DNA of 64,000 nt from IMG/VR virus record IMGVR_UViG_3300031949_000001, positions 219,305 to 283,304 of that record, one strand, 5' to 3'. Below, piece by piece: positions 36,963 to 45,742 of the stretch. The notes below the pieces were generated by a model. It was not told where the DNA came from, did not search any database, and worked only from the letters and a program-made list of their open reading frames with translations. Source of the DNA: a virus. Lineage: Duplodnaviria; Heunggongvirae; Uroviricota; Caudoviricetes. Numbering within the stretch: position 1 is the stretch's first letter; every line of letters starts with the position of its first letter. The position numbers and the translations under genes were made by a program.

Positions 36963-37983
36963 TACCTGGGAACCATACTTTAACGGCGTAATCACTACTC
37001 TAAGAGAAACGGTTGAAAACCTTCGAAAGTATTCTGACATTCCTGTTTGGATAGTTCATGCTCGTACACCTAGTTATTTCAGTGATACCTGGGATAGCAA
37101 TCTTTTCAAGTATATCTCTTTGAAAGAACTCGACCTCGTCTATTCCGGATTTAAGAAACTGGAAAGACTAATACTCGATTACAACCCCGAGTTTATCCAT
37201 ATTGAAACGGAAGGATCACTCGGCATTACCGCGAGACATTTCTGTCTCAAACATGGTTGGAAATTCACCACCGCTTATCATACAAAACACCCCGAATACT
37301 TAAAGCTGCGTTACGGTATTCCTATCGATGTTGGTTATGCTTTTGTTCGTTGGTTTCATAAGCCAGCCACTAGGGTGATGGCTGCGACAACTGTCCTTAT
37401 CGATGAACTCAAAGATCATGATTTCAAGAATGAGTTTGGTATTTGGTCCAGAGGTGTTGATGTTGAGTTTTTTAATCCTAAGCATCGTTCCAACGATTTC
37501 CTGTCGGAATTAAAACCATATGCTCTTAGTGTGGGTCGAGTTGCCAGAGAAAAGAATATTGAAGCATTCCTTCAAGCTGATACCAGTCTTCGAAAAGTGA
37601 TCGTCGGTGATGGACCCTCTCGTGCTGAACTCGAAAAGAAATATCCAGATGCTGTTTTCTTGGGCAAGAAATTCGGTCTAGAATTGGCGAAGATATACGC
37701 CAATGCCGAACTCTTTGTATTTCCGAGTATTGAGGATACCTTCGGTGTAGTCTTGCTTGAGGCTATGGCAAGCGGATTACGCATTGCTACAACTCCTGTC
37801 TCAAAACATGTCGTTTGGAGGAGCGGAGAAAAGCCTGTTGCGGCTCTATACAGCAACATGTCTATCGCTATCACTACGGCTTTGAATTTCGTGGGAAAAG
37901 ACGAGCCTCGCAAATTTGTTTTGAAGCATTACACTCAAGAACAAGCGACAAAGCAATTCTTGAGTAATTTAGTAAGCAATTGA
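36928..37983 (+). CDS. glycosyltransferase family 4 (GT-B fold)
   Basis: Motif EDTFGVVLLEAMASG (E..G....EAMA.G) and an N-terminal GT4 domain. Overlaps the LpxH-like gene. Confidence 0.65.
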   Translation: MNMKKGLLVITDTWEPYFNGVITTLRETVENLRKYSDIPVWIVHARTPSYFSDTWDSNLFKYISLKELDLVYSGFKKLERLILDYNPEFIHIETEGSLGITARHFCLKHGWKFTTAYHTKHPEYLKLRYGIPIDVGYAFVRWFHKPATRVMAATTVLIDELKDHDFKNEFGIWSRGVDVEFFNPKHRSNDFLSELKPYALSVGRVAREKNIEAFLQADTSLRKVIVGDGPSRAELEKKYPDAVFLGKKFGLELAKIYANAELFVFPSIEDTFGVVLLEAMASGLRIATTPVSKHVVWRSGEKPVAALYSNMSIAITTALNFVGKDEPRKFVLKHYTQEQATKQFLSNLVSN

Positions 37984-38014
37984 TTTTTATTGGTATTTGG
38001 TTGTAGTGTTTCCC

Positions 38015-38022
38015 TATAAATA
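38015..38022 (+). promoter_or_regulatory. T4-type late promoter TATAAATA
   Basis: Exact TATAAATA 21 nt upstream of ATG 38043, with a GGGAG ribosome-binding site in between. Confidence 0.4.
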
Positions 38023-38042
38023 AAACAAAGGGAGATACATAT

Positions 38043-38603
38043 ATGGCAATGATCAATGAAAGTCCGATCTTAAGTAATATTCTAAACGGCAGTGGAGGGA
38101 TTCTTCAACCTCATTTATCAAATCGTTTCGCGGTAAGATTCAACGCGTATTCGTATTCTTATCGTTCAACATTTTCTCAAGATTGTTTTGATTTTTTATC
38201 AATGCAAGTTCTTGGACTTAAACTCGATTTAAAGAACAATACCGTCTCCTTTGAGCTAGAACAACCACTTAACAACTATGAATTTTTTCTTGTCATGTTG
38301 AAAGAACTTGCTGATATGCCTTTTGTTGAAATTAAAGTTCTAGACACCCCTAAAAATTCAGGAGAAGAGCCGGTTCAACTTTTGGTGTTGGAAAGATGTA
38401 AGTTAAAGGATCATGAATTTGCTCTACACTATGCCGAGACTGGCACCGCTAAACATACGTTGACTTTCAAATTTGATTTCAAACTGATTCGAGACAAAAT
38501 CATTTGTCAGATTCATGACCTTGAAACAGCAAGAAATGCTGTGGCTCTTTCAAGTGATAATTCATCCCAAGAGGTCATCCAGCCCGAGATGCCACCAGTC
38601 TAA
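38043..38603 (+). CDS. hypothetical protein (putative late gene)
   Basis: 186-aa ORF directly downstream of the late-promoter motif. Confidence 0.5.
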   Translation: MAMINESPILSNILNGSGGILQPHLSNRFAVRFNAYSYSYRSTFSQDCFDFLSMQVLGLKLDLKNNTVSFELEQPLNNYEFFLVMLKELADMPFVEIKVLDTPKNSGEEPVQLLVLERCKLKDHEFALHYAETGTAKHTLTFKFDFKLIRDKIICQIHDLETARNAVALSSDNSSQEVIQPEMPPV

Positions 38604-39219
38604 TTTGATTTTCCTTACGAGAGTAGACCTTCTTGGATGTATTCCCGGATAAGATATCTATGTAGTCTGCTTGAAGATTTATAGGCAATGGTTTGTCTGG
38701 ATGATTCATATCGACAGCATAAACAGTGTATCTCCTGTCTTTAATCATAGATTGCCAGACACGAGAAGCAGCGTAGGTGTGTGATTCATTCGATATCAAA
38801 ATCACATCATCATGGAGCACTGCGGTTTCATACATTCCCTTGCCGATCCCCTTACCACGATATTCGTGTTGCATCCACACCAATCCTTCTTCGAAGCCTT
38901 TCCAACCGGTTTTGGTTGATGTCATATCCAAGAAACCGATAATGGACTTGTAAAGATCCTTTTCCATCCAAAAATCCGAATTTGGTTCTTGTTGCTCCGC
39001 TGACTTCATCAATTCCGGATCATATGCAACGTATATTCTATGCCAAGTCGCTCCTTGAATGAGACCATATGCTACATTACCGACTTTGCGCTTAAGCTGG
39101 ATATTGTTTCTATTCTTGATGATGCTGCGCAAGTTGGCACCGGTCCCACCATAGAAAATGGTGTTGCTTAGATTTCTGGTGCCTACTTTTCCGGTTGCGA
39201 TAATCTCATTGATAATCAA
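38575..39219 (-). CDS. GNAT-like acetyltransferase
   Basis: HEYRGKGIGKGMYE motif A. Confidence 0.5.
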   Translation of the reverse strand: MIINEIIATGKVGTRNLSNTIFYGGTGANLRSIIKNRNNIQLKRKVGNVAYGLIQGATWHRIYVAYDPELMKSAEQQEPNSDFWMEKDLYKSIIGFLDMTSTKTGWKGFEEGLVWMQHEYRGKGIGKGMYETAVLHDDVILISNESHTYAASRVWQSMIKDRRYTVYAVDMNHPDKPLPINLQADYIDILSGNTSKKVYSRKENQIRLVASRAG

Positions 39220-39222
39220 GTC

Positions 39223-39729
39223 TTATAGTCCTAATTTCTGTAGTTCTCTGATTACTTGGAAAGCGTTTTCAAATTTAATACCGATACCACCAGCAGCAAT
39301 CCAAGGATCGATTGCGCGCTTCGCGTCATCGATCAAGATATGATTCGGAGCCGCGTGATGCGCCTTGTCTTTCGATGCACGAACGACAATGATTTTTACA
39401 TCCGATCCAAGATGCTTTGCTGTCCATTCTTTCTTTTCACGAGGGGCATCGCCCGTATCTCCAGATGCTGTGAGAACGGTTGGATTGTACTTCTTGATGT
39501 ATCCCCATAGGTCAAGACCATCAGGCATGAATTCCATTTCACCCCAAAACTCACCACCATTCTTTTCGTAACGCACTATAGAACTCCAAAAGTGTCTTTT
39601 CTCTTTTGGTGTCAGTGTATCAGCGGGTTTGTTCAATCCAGTGACCTCTAGTCCCTTCTTACCGAAGTCTACGAGAGTTCCATCTAAATCGACAAATAAT
39701 TCATATTTTCTTACATCTTCAAGTTTCAT
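39223..39729 (-). CDS. 5'(3')-deoxyribonucleotidase, HAD superfamily (NT5C-like)
   Basis: Motif I LFVDLDGTLVDF (DxDGT.xDF). Confidence 0.6.
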   Translation of the reverse strand: MKLEDVRKYELFVDLDGTLVDFGKKGLEVTGLNKPADTLTPKEKRHFWSSIVRYEKNGGEFWGEMEFMPDGLDLWGYIKKYNPTVLTASGDTGDAPREKKEWTAKHLGSDVKIIVVRASKDKAHHAAPNHILIDDAKRAIDPWIAAGGIGIKFENAFQVIRELQKLGL

Positions 39730-40124
39730 TTTACCATCTCCGGTACAACCATTATTTCAATAGGATCTACCGGTTCATATCCTTGAGAAATCAAGGTATT
39801 CGAATCTACCGGCTTAAAACCCTTCTTTCTATCCAATGACCATGTGATATGGTAAATTTTGCCATCAGGACGATGAATTTCACCATCTATCTCTACCACA
39901 AGGGCTTCCAATCCTTCTCCATTATCTGCATATCCAACTATTATAGCAGTTTTCGGAACTTCTGGCAATGAAGAATTTGATTTAACGAATTGAACAGTTA
40001 TATGGTTACCGATGAATTCTGGATATTTTGGAGGGAAAAGCTCGGCAAGACGCTGCCTAGTTTGATCGTTGAAATGATAGGCTATATACGATTCTTTAAG
40101 AAGGTAAAATTCATTTAGTTTCAT
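39726..40124 (-). CDS. hypothetical protein
   Basis: 132-aa ORF, translationally coupled to its neighbours. Confidence 0.4.
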   Translation of the reverse strand: MKLNEFYLLKESYIAYHFNDQTRQRLAELFPPKYPEFIGNHITVQFVKSNSSLPEVPKTAIIVGYADNGEGLEALVVEIDGEIHRPDGKIYHITWSLDRKKGFKPVDSNTLISQGYEPVDPIEIMVVPEMVK

Positions 40125-40473
40125 TATATTGACGTTGCCACGTTGCCAGAGATTTCGGATCGTCTAATTCTGACCCACCATCGGATATTTTAGCGGCTCG
40201 GGCAAGTCTTCCTAATATACCGTCCATCAAATCAATCTCTTGTTCGACTTGTAGAATCAACCTTTCGTCTGAGCGTTCCCTCTGCATTGCTGTTAAATGT
40301 GAACGCATATCTTGTTGAATCATTTTCAAATCCCGCATGGATCTTGTAATTAAATCGCGTGATGTCTCTGGTTGCATGTTAGAAGGACGATCTTCACCGT
40401 GCTCGGTAAGACGAGTGATCTTGATTTTCGATTTTTGGGTATAGCTTTCGATGACTTTATCAAGGTATGACAT
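40111..40473 (-). CDS. hypothetical protein
   Basis: 120-aa ORF. Confidence 0.4.
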   Translation of the reverse strand: MSYLDKVIESYTQKSKIKITRLTEHGEDRPSNMQPETSRDLITRSMRDLKMIQQDMRSHLTAMQRERSDERLILQVEQEIDLMDGILGRLARAAKISDGGSELDDPKSLATWQRQYNETK

Positions 40474-40481
40474 TTTTGTCC

Positions 40482-40706
40482 TTAGTATGTCTGCAACGCT
40501 GCTCGCGCTTCTTCATCGGATAAAATAGTGTCGGTACCCAGGTCCAGATAAGCATGTTTTTTCTGTTTAGGATTCCAACAGTAAAGTAAACGTTTTCCGC
40601 TTCGAGAAGTAAATGGAGTTTCAGAGCCACCACTAGCAGGAATCCATTGATCTACGTTCATATCATCCGGATAAGCTCTTGGTTGGGTGATTTCTTTAAG
40701 TAGCAT
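40482..40706 (-). CDS. hypothetical protein
   Basis: 74-aa ORF. Confidence 0.35.
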   Translation of the reverse strand: MLLKEITQPRAYPDDMNVDQWIPASGGSETPFTSRSGKRLLYCWNPKQKKHAYLDLGTDTILSDEEARAALQTY

Positions 40707-40716
40707 AGAAACCCTC

Positions 40717-42654
40717 TTATTTCAAAGGAATAAGGTTAGCTTTGACTTCTTTGAATCTGTCAGCCAACTTTGGATACTTGTATCCGTAGCCGTAGTGAGC
40801 CATATACTTGATAAGTTCAGAAGGCCAACTCCACCATCTTGCGTTTTCCCAAGATTGCATCTTAACAACTGCACGCTTAAGATTTGCCTCGTCTCCACTT
40901 TCGAGCCAATCCAAGACTTCCTGAAGCATGTCCGCAGTGTTCTTCCACCAAGACTTGTCACTATGACCACGAGTGTTGATAACGTCTTCCTCAGTCTTCG
41001 CTGCCACGTCACGGCAGTGTTTGATTGAATCACGAACAGCCTTCAATACTTCGGCTGGGACTTCGATTGAACCGTATTGTTGAGGAACGTCACCACCCGC
41101 CTCTTCTTCTTTACCGAATAGAGTATGTTCATCGGAAATCTCAGTATGGTCATAGTCGGGGCGCTTGTATTGTGGCTTATCGTATGCTGGCGCACCAACA
41201 TTGCTGGAATTTTGACCCTTGCTACCAGAAGATTTAGTTGAAAAATTACCAACCTTTTCTTTCTGTAGAAGGAATTTTTCTGTTTCAATAACAATATTTT
41301 CATTCACGTCGTAATGAATCTTACCCTTACGGATAACAGCCTTCTTTTTGCTTTCTGGATGTGAATAGAATACTCCACCAGCGTCCTTGTCATCTGCCAT
41401 TGCGCTATGGGTCTTTTCGTATCCTTTGGTCTTAAGCTCTTTATGAGCATTAGCAAACGCGTCTTTATCCATAGATGCTGCTTCAGCAAGCGCTTTGCGT
41501 GCTTCTGCCTTAGCCTTTTGACGGTTGTAATCTTTATCGGTGCGATGACCACCACCCTTCTTTGTCATTAGAACAGTATTCAAGGTCTTTGCACCGGCTG
41601 CTTTGGAAGGACGATCCTTACGGGTCTTACCTTCTTCTAAGTCCACACTTTCGGTAACACCCTTACCATTTGGATAGTTGCTCATACCCAACACATCTTC
41701 ATACTTTTTGATGGAGAAGGCAGGATCAGTTACACCATCGGTGTGACGACGTAGATATTCTTCGGCTTCTTCCTTGGTGTCATATGGACCGCTCTTGATA
41801 GCGTTGGTTTTTGTATTCTGAATGACATAACCTTGCATTCCAAGACCGACACTTTCCTTGGTCAATTCTATTGGATCGACCTTGTAGTTGCGACGCTCTT
41901 CAGGAGACATCTTTTGGTTCATGAAGTCTTCTGCACCTTTTGGTGTCATGAAGCGAGGACCATGAGTACTTCCGTCCTCTTTGTGTTTTAGAACGTAACC
42001 TTCGACGCTAGTACCAAAAGCGACACATTCCATAGCCCAATCAATGACTGACCAATCGGAACGTTCATCTTTTGAAACTGCTTGTTTTAGGTAATCTTTG
42101 GCTTCTTTACGAGACTCAAAAGCCATACCATATGGAACGTCCAGCATATCACCGGTAGTTTTATTCTTTAGACCAAAACCAGCAACGCGGCTGACTTGAC
42201 TCCAATAACCATGAGAGGCTTGTGAAGCACCAGAGACACGATATGTAAGAGAAACGTCGGAATCAACACTTTCCGTTCTAGGAGTAAATGTGCGCCATTT
42301 GTTTCTATTTTTGTCAAGGTATGTCTCGGCACCGCTATAAACCGATGACAATAATGAGCGAACATCTTCGGCTTTCTTAGCAGTAGGCAATGGACCTACG
42401 GCGCCACGTTCCTTATCAGGATTCATCGACTGCGAAATTTCATAATTATCCAAATAGAGGTACCAATTGCCGTGAGCACCACCTTCATCCAATTGTATTG
42501 ATTTTTCGATAGCTATTTGGAAGGCGTCTGCGAGCATCTCCAAAGTTTGTTCTTTGGATACATTATTTTGTTCCGTTTTAGCTTGCATCTGAGAAGAAGG
42601 ACGAACATCGTAATTCATTCCAGATAGTTTAAGGAATTCGTTTTTCAAATCCAT
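40717..42654 (-). CDS. large hypothetical protein with three internal ~45-aa repeats (putative late/virion protein)
   Basis: 645 aa. Repeats GYW..(31 aa)..EAKDYL, GYV..(22 aa)..GAEDFM, GYV..(26 aa)..EAEEYL. An exact late-promoter motif lies upstream. Confidence 0.55.
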   Translation of the reverse strand: MDLKNEFLKLSGMNYDVRPSSQMQAKTEQNNVSKEQTLEMLADAFQIAIEKSIQLDEGGAHGNWYLYLDNYEISQSMNPDKERGAVGPLPTAKKAEDVRSLLSSVYSGAETYLDKNRNKWRTFTPRTESVDSDVSLTYRVSGASQASHGYWSQVSRVAGFGLKNKTTGDMLDVPYGMAFESRKEAKDYLKQAVSKDERSDWSVIDWAMECVAFGTSVEGYVLKHKEDGSTHGPRFMTPKGAEDFMNQKMSPEERRNYKVDPIELTKESVGLGMQGYVIQNTKTNAIKSGPYDTKEEAEEYLRRHTDGVTDPAFSIKKYEDVLGMSNYPNGKGVTESVDLEEGKTRKDRPSKAAGAKTLNTVLMTKKGGGHRTDKDYNRQKAKAEARKALAEAASMDKDAFANAHKELKTKGYEKTHSAMADDKDAGGVFYSHPESKKKAVIRKGKIHYDVNENIVIETEKFLLQKEKVGNFSTKSSGSKGQNSSNVGAPAYDKPQYKRPDYDHTEISDEHTLFGKEEEAGGDVPQQYGSIEVPAEVLKAVRDSIKHCRDVAAKTEEDVINTRGHSDKSWWKNTADMLQEVLDWLESGDEANLKRAVVKMQSWENARWWSWPSELIKYMAHYGYGYKYPKLADRFKEVKANLIPLK

Positions 42655-42683
42655 GATGAAATATCTCCAGATCTAGTAGAGAT

Positions 42684-42691
42684 ATTTATAA
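42684..42691 (-). promoter_or_regulatory. T4-type late promoter (TATAAATA on minus strand)
   Basis: TATTTATA on the plus strand, 30 nt upstream of the start codon at 42654. Confidence 0.4.
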
Positions 42692-42713
42692 GATTCAACG
42701 GCTTTAAGGATAA

Positions 42714-43013
42714 TTATTTTAGGGTTGGATGATTTACCATCCAGGCGACTGGATCGAAATCATATTTACGGTCTCCACCTTCATCTTCAACAACGGCGGC
42801 TTCTTCCATCTCCGGTGTCAGAGTTCTGATTGGAGTAGAATATGAAATTGAAGTCTTAGGTTTGAAATTCCCATCCCCATCGACATAAAAACCTACGAAT
42901 CGGCTACTTCCGATACTAGCGAGCCTATCCCAATACTTGAACATTGCTTGCAACGCCAATGCTTGTGGTTCAGTTACTTCCATTTCCACTGTCATCTTGA
43001 TTCTGTCGTTCAT
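42714..43013 (-). CDS. hypothetical protein
   Basis: 99-aa ORF. Confidence 0.4.
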   Translation of the reverse strand: MNDRIKMTVEMEVTEPQALALQAMFKYWDRLASIGSSRFVGFYVDGDGNFKPKTSISYSTPIRTLTPEMEEAAVVEDEGGDRKYDFDPVAWMVNHPTLK

Positions 43014-43033
43014 TTGTTTTCTCTATGTAGTAT

Positions 43034-43402
43034 TTATTTCTTGACGTGTCGAAATACCGTTACTGGAACAACTTCGATGTATCGAGGCTGTGTTTCTGGT
43101 ATAATAACCCGACATTTATAACAAATTCTCCAGCCGTGATAAGCGATACTAAGGTCGAAACTCTCTCGTAACTTACTGAAAAAGCTATATTTTAAAAGGG
43201 TGTACTTAAACGCAGCGGCAAGAACTTCTTCTCTGATAGACATAGCACCTTCACCAGTAATTCGTTCAATCATACGTTCAAAGAAGTGATCCGGGCAAAT
43301 GCCGAACATTACCCGGATCTCTCCATCATGCGTTTCGCGAACCTCTCTATCAAACCTTTGACAAAGAGACTGATACAAACTTTGAAGGTATACTACGCTC
43401 AT
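43034..43402 (-). CDS. hypothetical protein
   Basis: 122-aa ORF. Confidence 0.4.
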   Translation of the reverse strand: MSVVYLQSLYQSLCQRFDREVRETHDGEIRVMFGICPDHFFERMIERITGEGAMSIREEVLAAAFKYTLLKYSFFSKLRESFDLSIAYHGWRICYKCRVIIPETQPRYIEVVPVTVFRHVKK

Positions 43403-44493
43403 TACTTTAATCCCAAGATCACCATCAATCCATCAAGGCTCATCTCTCGCAAATACTTCTTAACAGAATCAACCTTACCAGCCCGCATGCTGTACAGGGC
43501 ACCGGGAGTACGACACTTAGCCGCCTGAACTGCCAAAGCAAAGTCCTTCTGAGTCGAGATATCCTTGATAGTATCATACAAAGCTTCCAATTCGGACACA
43601 AGAACATCATAACGCGTCTGAACCTCAGTGAATTGAGGTTCATATTCCGGAAAATAGGTCAAGAACTCCGAACCTTCCGACGTACGAACGATTTCCGTAA
43701 TTCGTTTGTAACCAAAACCATCCTTCAAGTGATGGATCGCGACATAAGCCGGATTCTTCATCTTGACACGATTGAAGAGACCATTCTCACGGTTGCTTAC
43801 AACGATGTAGCCTTCCTGGGAAAGCGGATCGATTGCAGCAAAAGTGTCAACAATTGCCTCGAATGATGTGAGGTCATAACGCTTAACACCAGTGAATGTA
43901 TCCTCGAAAAATACAGTCGAAGATTCAGATTCTGTTTCACGGTTGTGAACACCAATCAAAGTCAATGACGGTTCTGTGTAGCGAACAACAACACGGTTGA
44001 ACTGGCTTGTCAATTCGAAAGAAAAACACCAATCCTGACCAATGTCATCTAAAGTGTAACCCATTTCCTTAAAAGTCTTCCAAAAAAGCTCTTCAAAGGT
44101 GAATGGAAAGTCACCAACCTGACCACCAGCGTGCGGCGAACCAGAAGTCGCAACGTGCCACTTACCATCATAGTGGTACATAGTCATCAAGCTACCATCG
44201 ACCTTTTCTTCGACAACTGCGTCGTTCCAATCGATGGGCTCGGCGTGTCCTTCTCCATAGTTGAAGAATTTCTTAAAGCGATAGCAAATCAACTTCCAGT
44301 TGTTGAATTCATCCAAGATGATACCACGGCACTCCTGCACGATTTCTTCGGCAAAAGGAGACTCTAACTGATCATACTTCAGTAGGACCAAGTTCATGAA
44401 GTGTGGATGACGCATAGCGTTAATAGCGTACTTCGCTTTGAGGTCATCAAGGGAATTGCCATCACGAAGATACTTCTGTACCAAGAGTGTCAT
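43402..44493 (-). CDS. RNA ligase 1 (RnlA-like)
   Basis: Motif I EEKVDGSL (T4 Rnl1 has KEDG), motif IV EGYIVV, motif V RVKMK; 363 aa versus 374 aa in T4. Confidence 0.65.
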   Translation of the reverse strand: MTLLVQKYLRDGNSLDDLKAKYAINAMRHPHFMNLVLLKYDQLESPFAEEIVQECRGIILDEFNNWKLICYRFKKFFNYGEGHAEPIDWNDAVVEEKVDGSLMTMYHYDGKWHVATSGSPHAGGQVGDFPFTFEELFWKTFKEMGYTLDDIGQDWCFSFELTSQFNRVVVRYTEPSLTLIGVHNRETESESSTVFFEDTFTGVKRYDLTSFEAIVDTFAAIDPLSQEGYIVVSNRENGLFNRVKMKNPAYVAIHHLKDGFGYKRITEIVRTSEGSEFLTYFPEYEPQFTEVQTRYDVLVSELEALYDTIKDISTQKDFALAVQAAKCRTPGALYSMRAGKVDSVKKYLREMSLDGLMVILGLK

Positions 44494-44503
44494 TTTTAAA
44501 TCT

Positions 44504-44875
44504 CTACTTGAGTTTTTCGACTTGTTTCTTTAACGCATCGATTTGTTTCATAATATCGTCAATTTGCGCTTGACGATTCTCGGTTTCTATTTGTTTCATA
44601 ATATCGTCAATTTGCGCTTGACGATTCTCGGTTTCTATTGGATCACTCACAACCACAGTATGTTGAATTGTTTTTCCAACTGGATATGCAGTGGAAACCG
44701 TATCCATGGCAGGACAACGAACCACCAATACCCACCCCTGTATAGCCTTACAACCAGCAAGACTTGGGTCGAGAGTACCCATGTCACTCACTACTGTTTG
44801 TGCTCCCGACGAACAAGAAGCGACGGCGAAAGCAATAACAACGATTGCGGTGATTGAGTAAAATTTCTTTAACAT
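44504..44875 (-). CDS. lipoprotein with duplicated coiled-coil repeat
   Basis: Lipobox FAVASC, Cys-rich middle, tandem ETENRQAQIDDIMKQI x2; TAG stop. Confidence 0.5.
   Translation of the reverse strand: MLKKFYSITAIVVIAFAVASCSSGAQTVVSDMGTLDPSLAGCKAIQGWVLVVRCPAMDTVSTAYPVGKTIQHTVVVSDPIETENRQAQIDDIMKQIETENRQAQIDDIMKQIDALKKQVEKLK
44541..44636. repeat. perfect 2 x 48-bp tandem direct repeat inside the CDS
   Basis: tttgtttcataatatcgtcaatttgcgcttgacgattctcggtttcta occurs twice consecutively. Confidence 0.9.
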
Positions 44876-44882
44876 ATAATCT

Positions 44883-44918
44883 CCAAAATAAAAATGGCAT
44901 TCTTAAGTGAACGCCATT
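44883..44918 (-). terminator. rho-independent terminator
   Basis: AATGGC...GCCATT hairpin followed by TTTATTTT on the minus strand, downstream of the 44946 gene. Confidence 0.5.
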
Positions 44919-44945
44919 CTACGTGAATTAGCTCTGTAAGTCAAA

Positions 44946-45308
44946 TCATTTGAGTTTATCAACACATTCGTCGTATATCTTGTCTGCGAATAAAGAAATT
45001 TGAGACGTACTGTGTCCCCAAACATAGGTTTCTATCTTTTGAACTTCGGCGCGTATTGCCTCTGTCCAATCAGAATGGGGTGGATTTTGGTTTATGTATT
45101 CTTCGTAACTCACACCTTCGTCTCGTTTTTTTGCCATACTGATAACAATCATTTTACGGGTGAAACAAGCGTTGGTTATGGGACATGGCATCTCGACTGA
45201 AGATCGAGACATACCTTGACAATGTATTCTCGATTCTTCGGCATATACATTTTGAGATAAACCGAATCCGGCGAGCAACAATAGAACGGTGAACAGAAGG
45301 GTTTTCAT
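44946..45308 (-). CDS. secreted protein
   Basis: Signal peptide MKTLLFTVLLLLAGFGLSQNVYA. Confidence 0.45.
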   Translation of the reverse strand: MKTLLFTVLLLLAGFGLSQNVYAEESRIHCQGMSRSSVEMPCPITNACFTRKMIVISMAKKRDEGVSYEEYINQNPPHSDWTEAIRAEVQKIETYVWGHSTSQISLFADKIYDECVDKLK

Positions 45309-45361
45309 ATGTTCTCCTTAGAAAAGGTTTAGGCTACACCAAGATAGACATTTAGTCAAGT

Positions 45362-45742
45362 CTAAATTCCGAACTTTTGTCTAAATCCACCCGATTTTCC
45401 AGAGGCTTGATCTTCAAGCTTTGTGCTTAAAAGCTTCCACCCATCGTCTCGAACACCCTTTAGGGTAGCTTTAGATAGTATTTGCACAGCAAATAACAAT
45501 GCATCTTCGTATTGAGACCAAGCCTCCTTCATAGACGGTAGAGGCTTTTGTACGTTCTCTGATTCATAAGCAATATCAACCAATTCCATGGCACTAGTCC
45601 ATTGATGATCCTGGTCCATGGCACCTTTTTTGATTAATTTTTTGATTTTTTCCATACTTTTGTATGGAACCTCAGAAGTGTCGCCTGAAGAGGCTTTGTT
45701 CGCTTCTGCCAGAATTTGTCGCAAGTATTCCATTATTCCCAT
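45362..45742 (-). CDS. hypothetical protein
   Basis: 126-aa ORF with a TAG stop. Confidence 0.4.
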   Translation of the reverse strand: MGIMEYLRQILAEANKASSGDTSEVPYKSMEKIKKLIKKGAMDQDHQWTSAMELVDIAYESENVQKPLPSMKEAWSQYEDALLFAVQILSKATLKGVRDDGWKLLSTKLEDQASGKSGGFRQKFGI

